From: Halovenus sp.
Lineage (GTDB): Archaea; Halobacteriota; Halobacteria; Halobacteriales; Haloarculaceae
NCBI GenBank assembly: GCA_036625385.1
Contig: JAZKTU010000001.1
Span: 14,865-78,864 of the forward strand
DNA: 64,000 nt
Reading direction: 5' to 3'
Positions 9,695 through 20,389 of this stretch are shown here, in pieces; position 1 is the first letter of the stretch, and each line of letters starts with the position of its first letter. The notes under the pieces were generated by a model, which worked only from the letters and a program-made list of their open reading frames with translations, was not told where the DNA came from and did not search any database. The position numbers and the translations under genes are program-made.

Positions 9695-10753
9695 TCAGGA
9701 ACCGAGTCCGGGAGGGCTCTCACGATCGATGACGAGTTCGTAGGCTTCGACGTCCTCGAAGGCCGCGGCCTGCCCGCCGATATCGACAGTCCCGTCGTCG
9801 GTATCGAGCGTGATCGCTGCCGTCTGGCGGTTCGTACTCACTTCGATGTCGACGATTTCACCCTCGACCGACCGGGGATCGCCCGACTCGACGTCGCGGC
9901 CTCGAACGGAGGCGTAAAACTGGCCGTCGCTGTTCTGGAGGTCCCGCACACACCGGCGGATCGTCGCGTAGCGGCGGGGAAACGGGTGCGCTTCCTGGCT
10001 CTCGACCAGCGTCCTGGCGGAGGGCCAGACCACCGTGTTCAGAAAGCCCAGGACGAGAAACCCCAGCTCCGAGCGGTTGAAGACGACACCGTAGTCGTCG
10101 CCGCCGTTGTGGAGGGCGGTCCGCGTCGTGTAAACGGAGTAGGTCCCGTCGGCGACGGCGACGATGGGGGTCGTCAGGCCGCGTCGTGCGCGGACGACCG
10201 TCGCGAGACGGGTGTAGTCGAACTCCTCGGGGTCGGGAACGTCCACACCGGGCGAGACGAGCAGTTCGATGGACACCCCCTCGTCCTGCCGGGCTGCCAG
10301 TTGCTCCTCGAACCGCCCGAGGAGACGGGGGGAAAGCGACAGCACGAGTTCGTACTCCGCCCCGGCGATGACGTCCTCGAGATACCGAAGAATCGTCTGC
10401 CGTGATGTGACCAGCCAGACGGCCTCGACGTCCCGGGACGGTGACGTGTACTGTCTCGTGAGATCTTCGACGAGGTCGTCGAGCGTCACGCGGACGTTGT
10501 CGAACGCCTCCTCCGGGTCGACCGCGAGCACTTCGAGCGGGCGCGAATCCCGGAGTTCGACGAAGCCGTCGTCGGCGAGACTTCTGACAGTGTCGTACAC
10601 CCGTGGCTGGGGGATGTCTGTCTTCTCGGCGATTTCGGACGCGGTGAGTTTGCCGTGGTCCAGAACGGTGAGATACGCCTCGATCTCGTACTCGCCGAAG
10701 TCGAAGCGCTCTCCGAGGCGTTCGAGATGCCCAGAGAGGTCGTCGTCTTCCAT
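9695..10753 (-). CDS. trmB: Sugar-responsive transcriptional regulator TrmB
   Basis: GEYEIEAYL, ASEIAEKTDIPQPRVYD wHTH, FPRRYATIRRC sugar-binding domain. Confidence 0.9.
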   Translation of the reverse strand: MEDDDLSGHLERLGERFDFGEYEIEAYLTVLDHGKLTASEIAEKTDIPQPRVYDTVRSLADDGFVELRDSRPLEVLAVDPEEAFDNVRVTLDDLVEDLTRQYTSPSRDVEAVWLVTSRQTILRYLEDVIAGAEYELVLSLSPRLLGRFEEQLAARQDEGVSIELLVSPGVDVPDPEEFDYTRLATVVRARRGLTTPIVAVADGTYSVYTTRTALHNGGDDYGVVFNRSELGFLVLGFLNTVVWPSARTLVESQEAHPFPRRYATIRRCVRDLQNSDGQFYASVRGRDVESGDPRSVEGEIVDIEVSTNRQTAAITLDTDDGTVDIGGQAAAFEDVEAYELVIDRESPPGLGS

Positions 10754-10995
10754 ATCAGGTACTCAAACTGGTGCGTAAAGAGTCTGTCTTCTGTGTCCTG
10801 GTCGCGAAGACGACGCCCCGGCTCCGTAGAAAATCTCGGCGACTTATACTGCCGCTAGGTGCTCTATTGGTCAGGGAAGACAGCGTGGTGACTCCCTGAG
10901 TTCTACGCCAGCCGAATTGCTGCCATTACTCGATTCTGTGAGTCGTCCTCAGGGTTTTGCCCCTGCCTTCCGGACTCCAGCTACGTCAGGTTATA

Positions 10996-11074
10996 TACTG
11001 TCGGACGGAACTGTTGATACTTTCACTCGCCCCACGTGGAACGAGCAGAATATCATGACTTCCGTCCGACAGTA
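10996..11074. mobile_element. Family B palindromic mini-element, 79 bp, TA duplication
   Basis: Perfect 15-bp TIR TACTGTCGGACGGAA/TTCCGTCCGACAGTA; exact reverse complement of 47113-47191. Confidence 0.9.
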
Positions 11075-11152
11075 TACTGCCGGCTGTACGTTCGTAAAGA
11101 TATTCGCGACCCCGGGGTGGCGAATTCGTTCACAATGGGACAGCCGGCAGTA
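11075..11152. mobile_element. Family C palindromic mini-element, 78 bp, TTA duplication
   Basis: TIR TACTGCCGGCTGT/ACAGCCGGCAGTA; central palindrome TTCGCGACCCCGGGGTGGCGAA; TTA at 10991-10993 and 11153-11155; similar to 50681-50758. Confidence 0.85.
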
Positions 11153-11160
11153 TTAGCTGA

Positions 11161-11531
11161 TTGCAGGCGTAAGCCCCCTTCCTCAAGGAGCAACCTGCGG
11201 GAGCGAGCAGGGAGGGGATACAGCGCCGTCATCGTTTTATTTTCACTGCACGGCATGGCCTTACTACCCCTGCGGTCGAAGTCGATAGTACGATGCTCAC
11301 CACGTCTCCGATGGTGTTCAAGCGCGACAAGAAGCGCGCACCATCGGTTGTGGTCGAGTGTCCAACAGGGAGGAGTGGGACACTCCAAACCACCCGTGAA
11401 GGGAAGTCGCCTGCGGAGTCTGGAATCCCTGTGCCCACGTCGGGTATAAATTCCGACACAGAAACAGGAAGCCCTGTCCTCAACAAGCGAGGGGCGGGTA
11501 GCCCCGAGCGCGGTAGGTCAGGGTAGTTCAC
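11161..11531 (+). mobile_element. Non-autonomous IS200/IS605 derivative (left and right ends plus tnpB 3'/omega-RNA-like segment, no intact ORF)
   Basis: Left stem CCCCTTCCT...AGGGAGGGG; right end GGAAGCCCTGTCCT...AGGTCAGGGTAGTTCAC; GGAGTGGGACACTCC motif resembling haloarchaeal tnpB 3' ends. Confidence 0.65.
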
Positions 11532-12511
11532 TCGTGGCCCGACACCGGAAGTGGTTCATACGGCTCTTCTAACCAGGCCACGTCAGAGTCATCAAGATCC
11601 AACTCGACTGCCTCGACCGCATCCTCGAGGTGTTCAACGCTCGTCGTCCCGATGATCGGGGCATCGACAGCGTCCTTTCCAAGTAGCCACGCCAGCGATA
11701 TTTGGGCCATCGATGCGTCGTACTCGTCGGAGAGTTCCGCGACCCGTTCGTTGATAATCGGCCCGCCGCCTGACCGGTACTCTTCGTGTCGGTCCTCAAG
11801 CGTTTCCCCGCGTGTCGTCGTAGTCAGTTCCTCGTGCGGGCGGGTCAGATATCCCTGTGCCAGTGGACTCCAGGGAATGACTCCGATGTCTTCTCTCTCA
11901 CAGAGGGGCAACATTTCGCGCTCCTCTTCTCGATAGACGAGATTGTAGTGGTTTTGCATAGTGGCAAACTGTTCGAGGCCCCGTCGCTCGCTCGTTTGGA
12001 GAGCCTCGGCAAATTGGTAAGCCCACATTGAGGAAGCGCCAATGTACCGCACTTGATTGCGTCTGATGAGATCATCGAGCGTCTCGAGCACTGTCTCGAT
12101 TGGCGTATTGTAATCCCACCTGTGGATTTGGTAGAGGTCGACGGTATCCATTCCCAAACGTTCGAGGCTGTGGGAAATATCTTGTTCAACTGCCTTTCGT
12201 GAGAGGCCATTACCTTTCCCGGGAGGGTATGATTCGGGGGTGTACCTCGGATGGGTTTTTGTGGCCACGACCTGGCTTTCTCGGTCGTACTCATCGAGGA
12301 CGTTTCCCAAAATGCGCTCCGACTCCCCCATAGAGTAGACGTTTGCCGTATCGAAGAAATTTATCCCTAGGTCGATAGCCCGCTCGACAATCTCCTTGCT
12401 CTCTTCTTCGTTAAGCACCCACTCCTGCCACTCGCTCGACCCGAAACTCATACAGCCAAGGCAGATTCTGCTTACTGACAACCCTGTGTTACCCAGTGTC
12501 GTATATTCCAT
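11528..12511 (-). CDS. Aldo/keto reductase
   Basis: VSRICLGCMSFG, FFDTANVY, DLYQIHRWD, MQNHYNL, IPWSPLA. Confidence 0.95.
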   Translation of the reverse strand: MEYTTLGNTGLSVSRICLGCMSFGSSEWQEWVLNEEESKEIVERAIDLGINFFDTANVYSMGESERILGNVLDEYDRESQVVATKTHPRYTPESYPPGKGNGLSRKAVEQDISHSLERLGMDTVDLYQIHRWDYNTPIETVLETLDDLIRRNQVRYIGASSMWAYQFAEALQTSERRGLEQFATMQNHYNLVYREEEREMLPLCEREDIGVIPWSPLAQGYLTRPHEELTTTTRGETLEDRHEEYRSGGGPIINERVAELSDEYDASMAQISLAWLLGKDAVDAPIIGTTSVEHLEDAVEAVELDLDDSDVAWLEEPYEPLPVSGHE

Positions 12512-12694
12512 ACCGAAATTAACGCGGTGGTATATATAAAAGTGGAAGCCGGTGTTCCCAAAACACGAGTGGAATTTCGATATCAATTCACAAATTGGCC
12601 GTTTCAAAATCTTATTTATTGTCCTAAATGACTTGCTGATGAGAGAGACGGGTTCAGCACGGTGGGTGGGTTCTACTCCGAACTGGATGTCTGA

Positions 12695-12771
12695 TACTGC
12701 CGGCTATAAGCCTGTGAGCAATTTCGACCCCCGCGGGGTCGAATATCTTCACGTAGTTATAGCCGACAGTA
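12695..12771. mobile_element. Family C mini-element, 77 bp, TGA duplication
   Basis: TGA|TACTGCCGGCTATAA...TTATAGCCGACAGTA|TGA; central palindrome TTCGACCCCCGCGGGGTCGAA. Confidence 0.85.
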
Positions 12772-12867
12772 TGAGTACCTGTACCACGTGGTGATTCACT
12801 GCCTCTATTATCAGCGCGTACTTGGAAAGGTACTTGGTCCAATCAGACCCGACAGAGAGTTCAGACA

Positions 12868-13529
12868 ATGCCCGACAGACCCAGCATCTTAGTCCCGTTA
12901 CGTGTTCTCGAGGGGGAATCAATTCCGGAGGGTGTTCCCGAACTCCTTACGAACGCACACGTCGTCCTGCTTGGCTACCACGTCGTGCGAGACCAGACCG
13001 CGACCGATCAGGCGCGACGCCAGTTCGAAGACCAGGCCACCCGCCGTCTCAACGATTTCACGGCGATACTCGAACACGCGGGGGCGACAGTCGAATCCCA
13101 GCTCGTGTTCACCCACGATGGGCAGACAACGATCGACCGGATGACAGACGAGCATGACTGCCTCGCGGTACTGATTCCAAACGCAACGAGACCGCTGGAG
13201 AATGTCCTCGTCGCGGTCCGCGGGATCGTCGGCATCGATCGGTTTGTCCGCTTAGTTTCGGGGCTGTTCGCGCCGATCGACGTCGACGTAACCCTGTACC
13301 ACGTCGCTCGAGAGGACGAAACTGACGCCGACGTAGAGACGCTGCTCGAGAGATGATCGTCGAGACTTCCGACAACTACGACGCGACCGTCATGGGGGAA
13401 TCCGATCCACCAGTGACGACTTTCTTGTTCGGGATGACTGCGGACCAGATCGCCAGGCAGTTCCTGGGTCCGGTATTCGTGATCCAGCACGGGGGCCTGG
13501 ACGATACCGAGGAGACTGACAACGAGTGA
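12868..13529 (+). pseudogene. Universal stress protein (two USP domains), frameshifted near 13350
   Basis: ORF 12868-13356 (ILVPLRVLEGE, NVLVAVRG); the C-terminal half YDATVMGESDP...FLFG...FLGPVFVIQ continues in another frame to TGA 13527-13529. Confidence 0.75.
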
Positions 13530-13638
13530 TACGGACGGTTGTGATTATTTTCGGCAGGGACGTCCGATATACGGCGTATCAGCCCGCGAAACGTGTATGT
13601 TGTCACAGCAGAGCGGTAACGAGTCACAACCGTCGATA
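13530..13638. mobile_element. Family A palindromic mini-element, 109 bp, TGA duplication
   Basis: TGA|TACGGACGGTTGTGA...TCACAACCGTCGATA|TGA; 4 mismatches to 44636-44744. Confidence 0.9.
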
Positions 13639-13813
13639 TGATCCTCCAGCAGAGTGTGGGTAGACCGAGTACCGGCGCAGTACCTCGTTCCTCCGCATCC
13701 ACCGATCCGAACTGTCCCGATCAGGGGAACCCTCTGTGCTGCATTCGCGCTCCGTATTCACCACGGTCGCTGGAACGTCTCACCGATCGAGAATTTCAAC
13801 GAGGCCGATTTCC

Positions 13814-15187
13814 CTACTCCACGAGCGCCGCTTCCAGCAGTTCGAGGGGATGACGGATGTCGTACCCGGTGCCGTGTTCCATCTGCATCGCGCAGGTCGG
13901 ACACTCCGTCATGCCCACCTCGCCCGACGCGTCCTCCATGTGCTCGAACATCTCCTCGCCGATCTTCATCGACTTCTCGTACTTTTCCGCTTTCCAGCCG
14001 TAGGTGCCCGAGATGCCGGAACAGGACTCACCGACGTCCTCGATACCGACGCCGTCCAGGTCGCGGAACAGTTCGACAGCCTGCCGGTCCAGTCCCTGGT
14101 TGCGGGCGTGGCAGGGGGCGTGGTAGGCGAACTCCTCGGCGAGTCCGTCGTCGATCTCCGCCGCGTCGAGTGCGCCCTGCAGGTCCTCGTGGATGCGCAG
14201 GTACTCGACCGACTCGAAGGTGTTTGCCGCCACGTCGTCGATCCCCTCGATATCGAACAGTTCAGGGTACTCCTGGCGCAGCGCCATCGAACAGGACGTA
14301 CACGAGGCGATGGCGTCGTACCCCTGGTCGACGAGGTCCGCCATCGAGGAGACGTTGACCTCGGCGTGGCGGCGGGCATCGTCGAGCATCCCGTTTGCGA
14401 ACATCGGCGTCCCCGAACACTTCTGCTCGGGAACGACGACTTCGTAGCCGAAGTGCTCGAACACCCGGACCATCGCCCGCCCGACTTCCGGCGTGTTGTA
14501 GTTCGAGTAACAGCCGTGGAAGTACGCGACCTTCCTGTCCGCATCGACGGGGTCGCCGCGGCGCTCCCGGTTCGCCCGGGCACGCTCCCTCGACCCGGCT
14601 GCACCGCCTTCCGCTTGCCACCACTCGCGAAACGTCTCCGGCGCGAACGCGGGGAACTCGCGTTCACGGGTGACACCGAGCGTTTTCTCCATGACCCAGC
14701 GTGCCGGCCCGAAGTTCATGGCGACGTTCGCGAGCCTGGGGACCTTGCTGGCGAACCAGGCCGACAGCCGGTAGTTCGCGAGGATCCGGTTGCGCCAGTA
14801 TTTGAGCGAGGTTTTCGACATGTTCTCGGAGACGTACTCCCCGCGTGCGGTGTTGTGCATCTGGGAGAGCGGAACACCCGCCGGACAGGCGTTGTCACAC
14901 CGCATGCAGTTCGAGCATTCCATCACCGACTCGTCGATGTCGTAGTCGTCCTCGTTCTGTTTGAGACGCCACTGTTCCGGCCCCTGGAACTTCGGACCGG
15001 GGAACTCGTCGTCGACTTCCGCGACCGGACAGTTCGTATCACACGTCGAGCACTTGTAACAGGAGTCCGCGCCGGGGCGCAGGTCGAAGTCGTCGCTGTC
15101 CGGAAAGACGTCGACGGGCTCGAAGTCCTCGCCTGTGTTCGGTTCGACTGGGTCGAAGTCAGTGTCTGAGTGTTCTGCGTCGCTCAT
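13814..15187 (-). CDS. glpC: Anaerobic glycerol-3-phosphate dehydrogenase subunit C
   Basis: Two CxxCxxCxxxCP motifs, YFHGC, YHAPCH. Confidence 0.93.
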   Translation of the reverse strand: MSDAEHSDTDFDPVEPNTGEDFEPVDVFPDSDDFDLRPGADSCYKCSTCDTNCPVAEVDDEFPGPKFQGPEQWRLKQNEDDYDIDESVMECSNCMRCDNACPAGVPLSQMHNTARGEYVSENMSKTSLKYWRNRILANYRLSAWFASKVPRLANVAMNFGPARWVMEKTLGVTREREFPAFAPETFREWWQAEGGAAGSRERARANRERRGDPVDADRKVAYFHGCYSNYNTPEVGRAMVRVFEHFGYEVVVPEQKCSGTPMFANGMLDDARRHAEVNVSSMADLVDQGYDAIASCTSCSMALRQEYPELFDIEGIDDVAANTFESVEYLRIHEDLQGALDAAEIDDGLAEEFAYHAPCHARNQGLDRQAVELFRDLDGVGIEDVGESCSGISGTYGWKAEKYEKSMKIGEEMFEHMEDASGEVGMTECPTCAMQMEHGTGYDIRHPLELLEAALVE

Positions 15188-16458
15188 CGTGCCTCCTGTG
15201 CCGCATCCGTTCCTGCCGCGTAGCCTGTCGCTATCGAGACGCCGCTGCCCGACTTCTCCGCAGCGAAGTCGTAGCCGCCCAGCACTGACCCCGCGGCACG
15301 GAGGTTCTCGAACTCGACGCTCCCGTCAGGCCCGGTCGGGCGGAGCCGCGCGTCCGTCGTGACGCCAAAGCGGGCGAACTGGTGGTCGCCGAAGACGTCC
15401 CCGTCGAACCAGTCGTACCGGTCCTCGGCGTGGGGGACGTGACAGTCGAAGATTGGTTCGTAGACGCGACCGCGGTCCGATTCGACGCCCTTCCCGACCA
15501 GCCCACCCGTCGCGAGGACGTACTGGTCGGCACTGTTTGGAATCCGGGCACCGTTCTTCTCGACGAAGACCCGCTCGATACGGTCCTCGCCCGCGTACCC
15601 GGTCACGGGATTGCCGGTTTCGATGCTGGCGCCGGCCTCGTCGAGCGCCTCGAACAGGGTGTCTTCGAGCCGGAGACCCGGGAGGGACGGCGGTCCCATC
15701 GGAACCTCGAAGACGTCGGTACCGAGTTTCTCGCGCAGGACGGCCCGGACCGTCGCGGAGGCGTCGTCGCCGAGGATCGCCGGAAACCCGACGCGCTCCG
15801 CGCCGTGGAGTTCCTTGTTTACCCGTTCGGCGAGGGCGTCCCGAACCGGGCGGTCGCGGCCCCTGACGGGCACCTCGCCGTTCGTGTCGAGCAGTTTCGC
15901 GTAGCGGGTCACCTTCGCGTCGGCGCGCAGGTCGCCGGGAAACTGTATCGTGACCCCGCGAACGTCGAAGGGGACACCCGCTGCCTCGAGGTGTGCCGCG
16001 ACGTGCTCGGCGTCGAAATCGACCATCGACTCGAGGCCGACCAGCAGGACGTCGCGGTCGTCGCTGGCGAGACCAGCACTCGCACCCGCCGGGTAGCGTG
16101 CGGTCGGTTTCAGCGTCCCGCCGTGGGTCGGGAGGAGAGCGTTCGTCGCGGTGTGGGAGCCACAATAGTCCGGGGCGACGTCGTCGAACATCGTCATCGA
16201 CTCGCGGACGGTTTCGCGGCCGACAGTACGGTAGGGATGGGTCGACGGCAGTTCGGGAATGGCCTCGTAGGGGTCGGTCAGGGGCCCCTTCCCCTCGGGG
16301 GTGTATCCGAGGATATCGACCAGCCCGGACGCGTGCCGGAGGGTACTCTGCTTGTACGAAACGAGGCGCACGTCCGCACCCGCCCGGGCCGCAGCGAGGG
16401 CGCTCGTGAGTCCCGCGAGCCCGCCGCCGACGACCAGCACCTCGGATTCAATCGCCAT
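15184..16458 (-). CDS. glpB: Glycerol-3-phosphate dehydrogenase subunit B
   Basis: [25 protein letters not shown]. Confidence 0.93.
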   Translation of the reverse strand: MAIESEVLVVGGGLAGLTSALAAARAGADVRLVSYKQSTLRHASGLVDILGYTPEGKGPLTDPYEAIPELPSTHPYRTVGRETVRESMTMFDDVAPDYCGSHTATNALLPTHGGTLKPTARYPAGASAGLASDDRDVLLVGLESMVDFDAEHVAAHLEAAGVPFDVRGVTIQFPGDLRADAKVTRYAKLLDTNGEVPVRGRDRPVRDALAERVNKELHGAERVGFPAILGDDASATVRAVLREKLGTDVFEVPMGPPSLPGLRLEDTLFEALDEAGASIETGNPVTGYAGEDRIERVFVEKNGARIPNSADQYVLATGGLVGKGVESDRGRVYEPIFDCHVPHAEDRYDWFDGDVFGDHQFARFGVTTDARLRPTGPDGSVEFENLRAAGSVLGGYDFAAEKSGSGVSIATGYAAGTDAAQEAR

Positions 16459-18172
16459 CGAATGTCCCTCCGTCCGCGGCGACACCCGTCTGCCCCGACG
16501 CCGAGTCCTCCGACCGGCCACTGTCGAACGCTCCGAAGTCGATCGGGTCGCCGTCTGCCGGATCCTGGTCCCGGTTCTGGGTCGTCGCGTGGAGCGCGTA
16601 GTTCAACATGGCCTGCGAGAGCTGTTCACCCCACAGCGCGTGGCGCTGGCCCTTCCAGCGCTCCTGGAGGAGTTCGTCCCAGGCCTGCCTGGTCGTCGCC
16701 TCGTCGTAGGTGTCGTGGAGCTCGCTCGCCAGCCGGTGACAGCAAAAGCCGCCCTGGCAGTTGCCCATCGAGGCACGCGTTCGGATACGGACGGCGTTGA
16801 GGTCCGACCCCGACCCCTCGATCGCGTCCTGGACCTCCGCGCGGGTGACACCCTCACAGCCACACACCGTCGGGTTCGGCCCGTCGGTTTTCAGCACCTC
16901 GTCTGCCCGCGATCCGAGGCGCTCGACGCTCCGCCGACCGATCGGCGACTGGAGACCGAACTCGTCCATGTAATCACGCAGGACCGAGAAATCCTCGCTC
17001 CCGGGGAGGGGGACGTCGGCTGTCCGGCAGTCAGCATCGATACCGAACTTCTCGCAGACGTGGTCGCTGATCTCCTCGCCCATCATCCGGTAGGTCGTGA
17101 ACTTCCCGCCGACGATGCTGGTCATCCCCTCCAGTCCGTCGCGCTCCTCGTGGTCGAGCAGGAAGTAGTCCCGGGTGATGTCGGTCGGGTCGTCGCTCCC
17201 GACGTCCGGCGGTTCGTACAGCGGTCGAACACCCCAGAAGGAGCGGATCGTTCGGGCCTCCTCGAGCATCGGAACCAGCTCTTTGAGCGTGTCGATCATC
17301 ATGTCGACCTCCCACTGCTCTTCGGGGTAGTCCTCGGGGTCGTCGACCTCCTCGTCAGTCGTCCCGAGAATGGCGGTCGTCTCGTGGGGGACCACGATGT
17401 CGGCGTCACCCTTGGGTCGACAGCGGTTGATGACGGTGTCGACCTGCCGGATGTTCATGATGGTCATGACGCCTTTCGAGGGGCGTACCTCGATATCGAC
17501 GCCGACCATCTCGCCGATCCGACCGGCCCAGGCCCCGGTCGCGTTGACGACGTAGTCCGCCCTGATCTGTTCGGCCCCCCCTTCGGTCCCGTGGACGCGC
17601 TTGCCGGCGCCGGAGTCGTGCTCGACCTCGAGACCGACGACCTCCCCGTTCTCGACGAGCAGATCCGTCACCGTCGAGTGCGTCTCGATGCGCGCGCCGT
17701 GTTCCTCCGCGCTGGCGGCGTTGGCGACGACCAGGCGGAAGGGGTCGATGGCCCCGTCGGGGACCGATATCGCCTTGTCGATGTCCGTCGCCAGGTGGGG
17801 TTCCATGGCGCGGGCTTCCTCGGCAGAGACGACCTCCGCGGGGATACCACATTCCCGACAGCCGTCGAGTTTCTCCTGGAAGTACTCCTCCGAGTCCTCC
17901 GGCCGTTTGACGAACAAGCCGCCGGTCATCTCGACGCAGTGGGTCGCTATCTTCCTGAGAACGCGGTTCTCCTCGATACACTCGGTCGCACTTGCCTGGT
18001 CTGAGACGGCGTAGCGCCCACCACTGTGGAGCAGTCCGTGCATCCGACCGGTCGTCCCGTGCGTGAGGTTGCCCTGCTCGACGAGAGTGACGTCGAGCCC
18101 TCGCATCGAGAGATCCCTGGCGATCCCGATCCCGGTCGAACCGCCGCCGATAACGGCGATGTGTGGTACCAT
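16448..18172 (-). CDS. glpA: Glycerol-3-phosphate dehydrogenase subunit A
   Basis: [34 protein letters not shown]. Confidence 0.95.
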   Translation of the reverse strand: MVPHIAVIGGGSTGIGIARDLSMRGLDVTLVEQGNLTHGTTGRMHGLLHSGGRYAVSDQASATECIEENRVLRKIATHCVEMTGGLFVKRPEDSEEYFQEKLDGCRECGIPAEVVSAEEARAMEPHLATDIDKAISVPDGAIDPFRLVVANAASAEEHGARIETHSTVTDLLVENGEVVGLEVEHDSGAGKRVHGTEGGAEQIRADYVVNATGAWAGRIGEMVGVDIEVRPSKGVMTIMNIRQVDTVINRCRPKGDADIVVPHETTAILGTTDEEVDDPEDYPEEQWEVDMMIDTLKELVPMLEEARTIRSFWGVRPLYEPPDVGSDDPTDITRDYFLLDHEERDGLEGMTSIVGGKFTTYRMMGEEISDHVCEKFGIDADCRTADVPLPGSEDFSVLRDYMDEFGLQSPIGRRSVERLGSRADEVLKTDGPNPTVCGCEGVTRAEVQDAIEGSGSDLNAVRIRTRASMGNCQGGFCCHRLASELHDTYDEATTRQAWDELLQERWKGQRHALWGEQLSQAMLNYALHATTQNRDQDPADGDPIDFGAFDSGRSEDSASGQTGVAADGGTFDGD

Positions 18173-18757
18173 CTGTTCTCTTACGCGTTGTGAGGCGAAC
18201 CACTTTATTTTATCGACGGTGCGGATACTACAGTAAATCAAACTGTGGGCCCGACAGAGGCCAATTTCGTTCCGTACCGCCACTGGTCTGTGCTGCCGAC
18301 GGAACGCAAAAACACGAAGTATTTGACTCTTTCTCGGCAGTATAGACTGTATGTGTACTATTACACGCCATATACTGCAATTTGTTTTTACCCGAGTTTA
18401 TTTACTGTAATACCCAATATATAGATAAACTATATGCTCGGAGGTGATCTGCAGACGCTTGCTGTCTGTACTGACCGGTTACGCGAGTGGCGGGTGAGTC
18501 CAAGACATCGGAGAGAGTCGGTTCGCGATCGGGAAAGGTGCCGACACAGGGCGCGGGTCGGGCGTGACAAGACTGGCGGTACCAGGCGGAGCCGTGAAAA
18601 ATCGTACCCGCGATGGCGTAGCAAGAAGCGACACACGACAATCCAATCCGTCCCGGAGGAGATGTCGAACACCCGGGGGACGATGTGACCTGATGGCGGT
18701 CCCGGTCGATACCAGACTGACGCACGACGGATAAGCACACGATAACTTTATTCAAGG

Positions 18758-18773
18758 TACCCGATTAGGAGTA
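18758..18773. promoter_or_regulatory. Putative TrmB-type operator TACCC-N6-GAGTA upstream of glpK
   Basis: Near match to the motif, adjacent to AT-rich TTTTATT. Confidence 0.4.
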
Positions 18774-18854
18774 ACTTTTATTGTGATGTAGTATATTGTT
18801 TACTCTCAGGACGGTAGTAGCAGTAAATATACCGTCACACGGAGATTACAACAG

Positions 18855-20387
18855 ATGACAGAAACCTACGTCGGCGCAATCGACCAGGGGACGACCGGCA
18901 CTCGCTTCATGGTATTCGACCACAGCGGGCAGGCCGTCACAAAGGCATACAAGAAACACGAGCAGATCTACCCGGAACCCGGCTGGGTCGAGCACGACCC
19001 GATGGAGATCTGGGAAAACACCAGGGACGTCGTCACGCAGGCACTGGACAAGGAGAATATCGATCCCGAGCAGCTCGAGGCCATCGGGATCACCAACCAG
19101 CGTGAGACGACCATCGTCTGGGACAAGGAGACCGGCAAGCCCGTCTACAACGCCCTCGTCTGGCAGGACCGCCGGACCACCGACCGCGTCGAGGAAGTCG
19201 AAGCCGAAGACAAAGTCGAGTGGATCCGCGGCAAAACCGGCCTCGAATGCGACGCCTACTTCTCGGCCACCAAAGTCGAGTGGATCCTCGACAACGCGGA
19301 TCCGATCAAACTCCAGCGCATCCGGCCCGAGGACGTCCGCGACCGTGCGGAGGCCGGCGAGTTGCTGATGGGCACTATCGACTCGTGGGTGATATACAAA
19401 CTCACCGGCAACCACATCACGGAGATCTCGAACGCCTCGCGGACGATGCTCTACAACATCCACGACCTGGCCTGGGACCACGAACTCCTCGAGGAGTTCA
19501 ACGTCCCCGAAACCATGCTCCCCGAGGTCCGCCCGTCGGTCGACGAGGAGACCTACGGCTCCACCGATCCGGACGGCTTCCTGGGCGCGGAGGTGCCCGT
19601 CGCCGGCGCCCTGGGCGACCAGCAGGCGGCGCTGTTCGGCCAGACCTGCTTCGACGAAGGCGACGCCAAAAACACCTACGGCACCGGGGCGTTCTATTTG
19701 ATGAACACCGGCAACGACGCCGTCGAGTCCGAGAACGGCTTGCTTACCACCATCGGCTTCCAGGTGTCTGACGAACCGGTTCAGTACGCGCTGGAGGGGT
19801 CGATCTTCATCGCCGGCGCGGCCATCGAATGGCTCGAGGACGTCGAGCTCATCGACGACCCCACCGAGACAGCACGGCTGGCCCAGTCGATCGATTCGAC
19901 TGACGGCGTGTATATGGTCCCGGCATTCACCGGGCTGGGCGTGCCCTACTGGGATGGGCGGGCACGCGGAACCATCGTCGGGATGACCCGCGGGACCCGC
20001 CGGGAACACATCGTCCGGGCGACGCTCGAGGCCATCGCCTACCAGACCCGCGACGTCGCCGAAGCCATGGAGGCCGACTCCGGCATCGAAACGACGACGC
20101 TGCGGGTCGACGGCGGCGCCGTCAAGAACAACTTCCTCTGCCAACTCCAGTCGGACATCATCCAGACGGACATCGCCCGCCCCGAAGTCGACGAGACCAC
20201 CGCGCTGGGGTCGGCCTACGCCGCCGGCCTCGCCGTTGGCTACTGGGATAACATCAACAAGCTCCGATCGAACTGGCAGGTCGACCGCGAGTTCGAGCCG
20301 GAGATGGAAAGTAAGGAAGCCGACGGGATGTACGACCGCTGGGACGACGCCGTCGAGAGATCACTCGACTGGGCAACGGAGGAATAA
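18855..20387 (+). CDS. glpK: Glycerol kinase (copy 1)
   Basis: AIDQGTTGTR, GITNQRET, GDQQAALFGQ, KNTYGTG, ETTALG. Confidence 0.95.
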   Translation: MTETYVGAIDQGTTGTRFMVFDHSGQAVTKAYKKHEQIYPEPGWVEHDPMEIWENTRDVVTQALDKENIDPEQLEAIGITNQRETTIVWDKETGKPVYNALVWQDRRTTDRVEEVEAEDKVEWIRGKTGLECDAYFSATKVEWILDNADPIKLQRIRPEDVRDRAEAGELLMGTIDSWVIYKLTGNHITEISNASRTMLYNIHDLAWDHELLEEFNVPETMLPEVRPSVDEETYGSTDPDGFLGAEVPVAGALGDQQAALFGQTCFDEGDAKNTYGTGAFYLMNTGNDAVESENGLLTTIGFQVSDEPVQYALEGSIFIAGAAIEWLEDVELIDDPTETARLAQSIDSTDGVYMVPAFTGLGVPYWDGRARGTIVGMTRGTRREHIVRATLEAIAYQTRDVAEAMEADSGIETTTLRVDGGAVKNNFLCQLQSDIIQTDIARPEVDETTALGSAYAAGLAVGYWDNINKLRSNWQVDREFEPEMESKEADGMYDRWDDAVERSLDWATEE

Positions 20388-20389
20388 CC

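Noticed and set aside
10991-11155. Possible CRISPR array from tandem palindromic units
   Set aside because: The units are inverted-repeat elements with target duplications, not direct repeats separated by unique spacers; there are no cas genes.
13376-13702. ORFs sharing peptide text with 44491-44790, and 10917-11156 with 47088-47513
   Set aside because: The similarity comes only from translated copies of the non-coding family A and B elements.
18173-18854. ncRNA or hidden gene in the long glpA-glpK spacer
   Set aside because: Only AT-rich promoter-like tracts and non-acidic, motif-less short ORFs; no stable structure or repeat could be supported.
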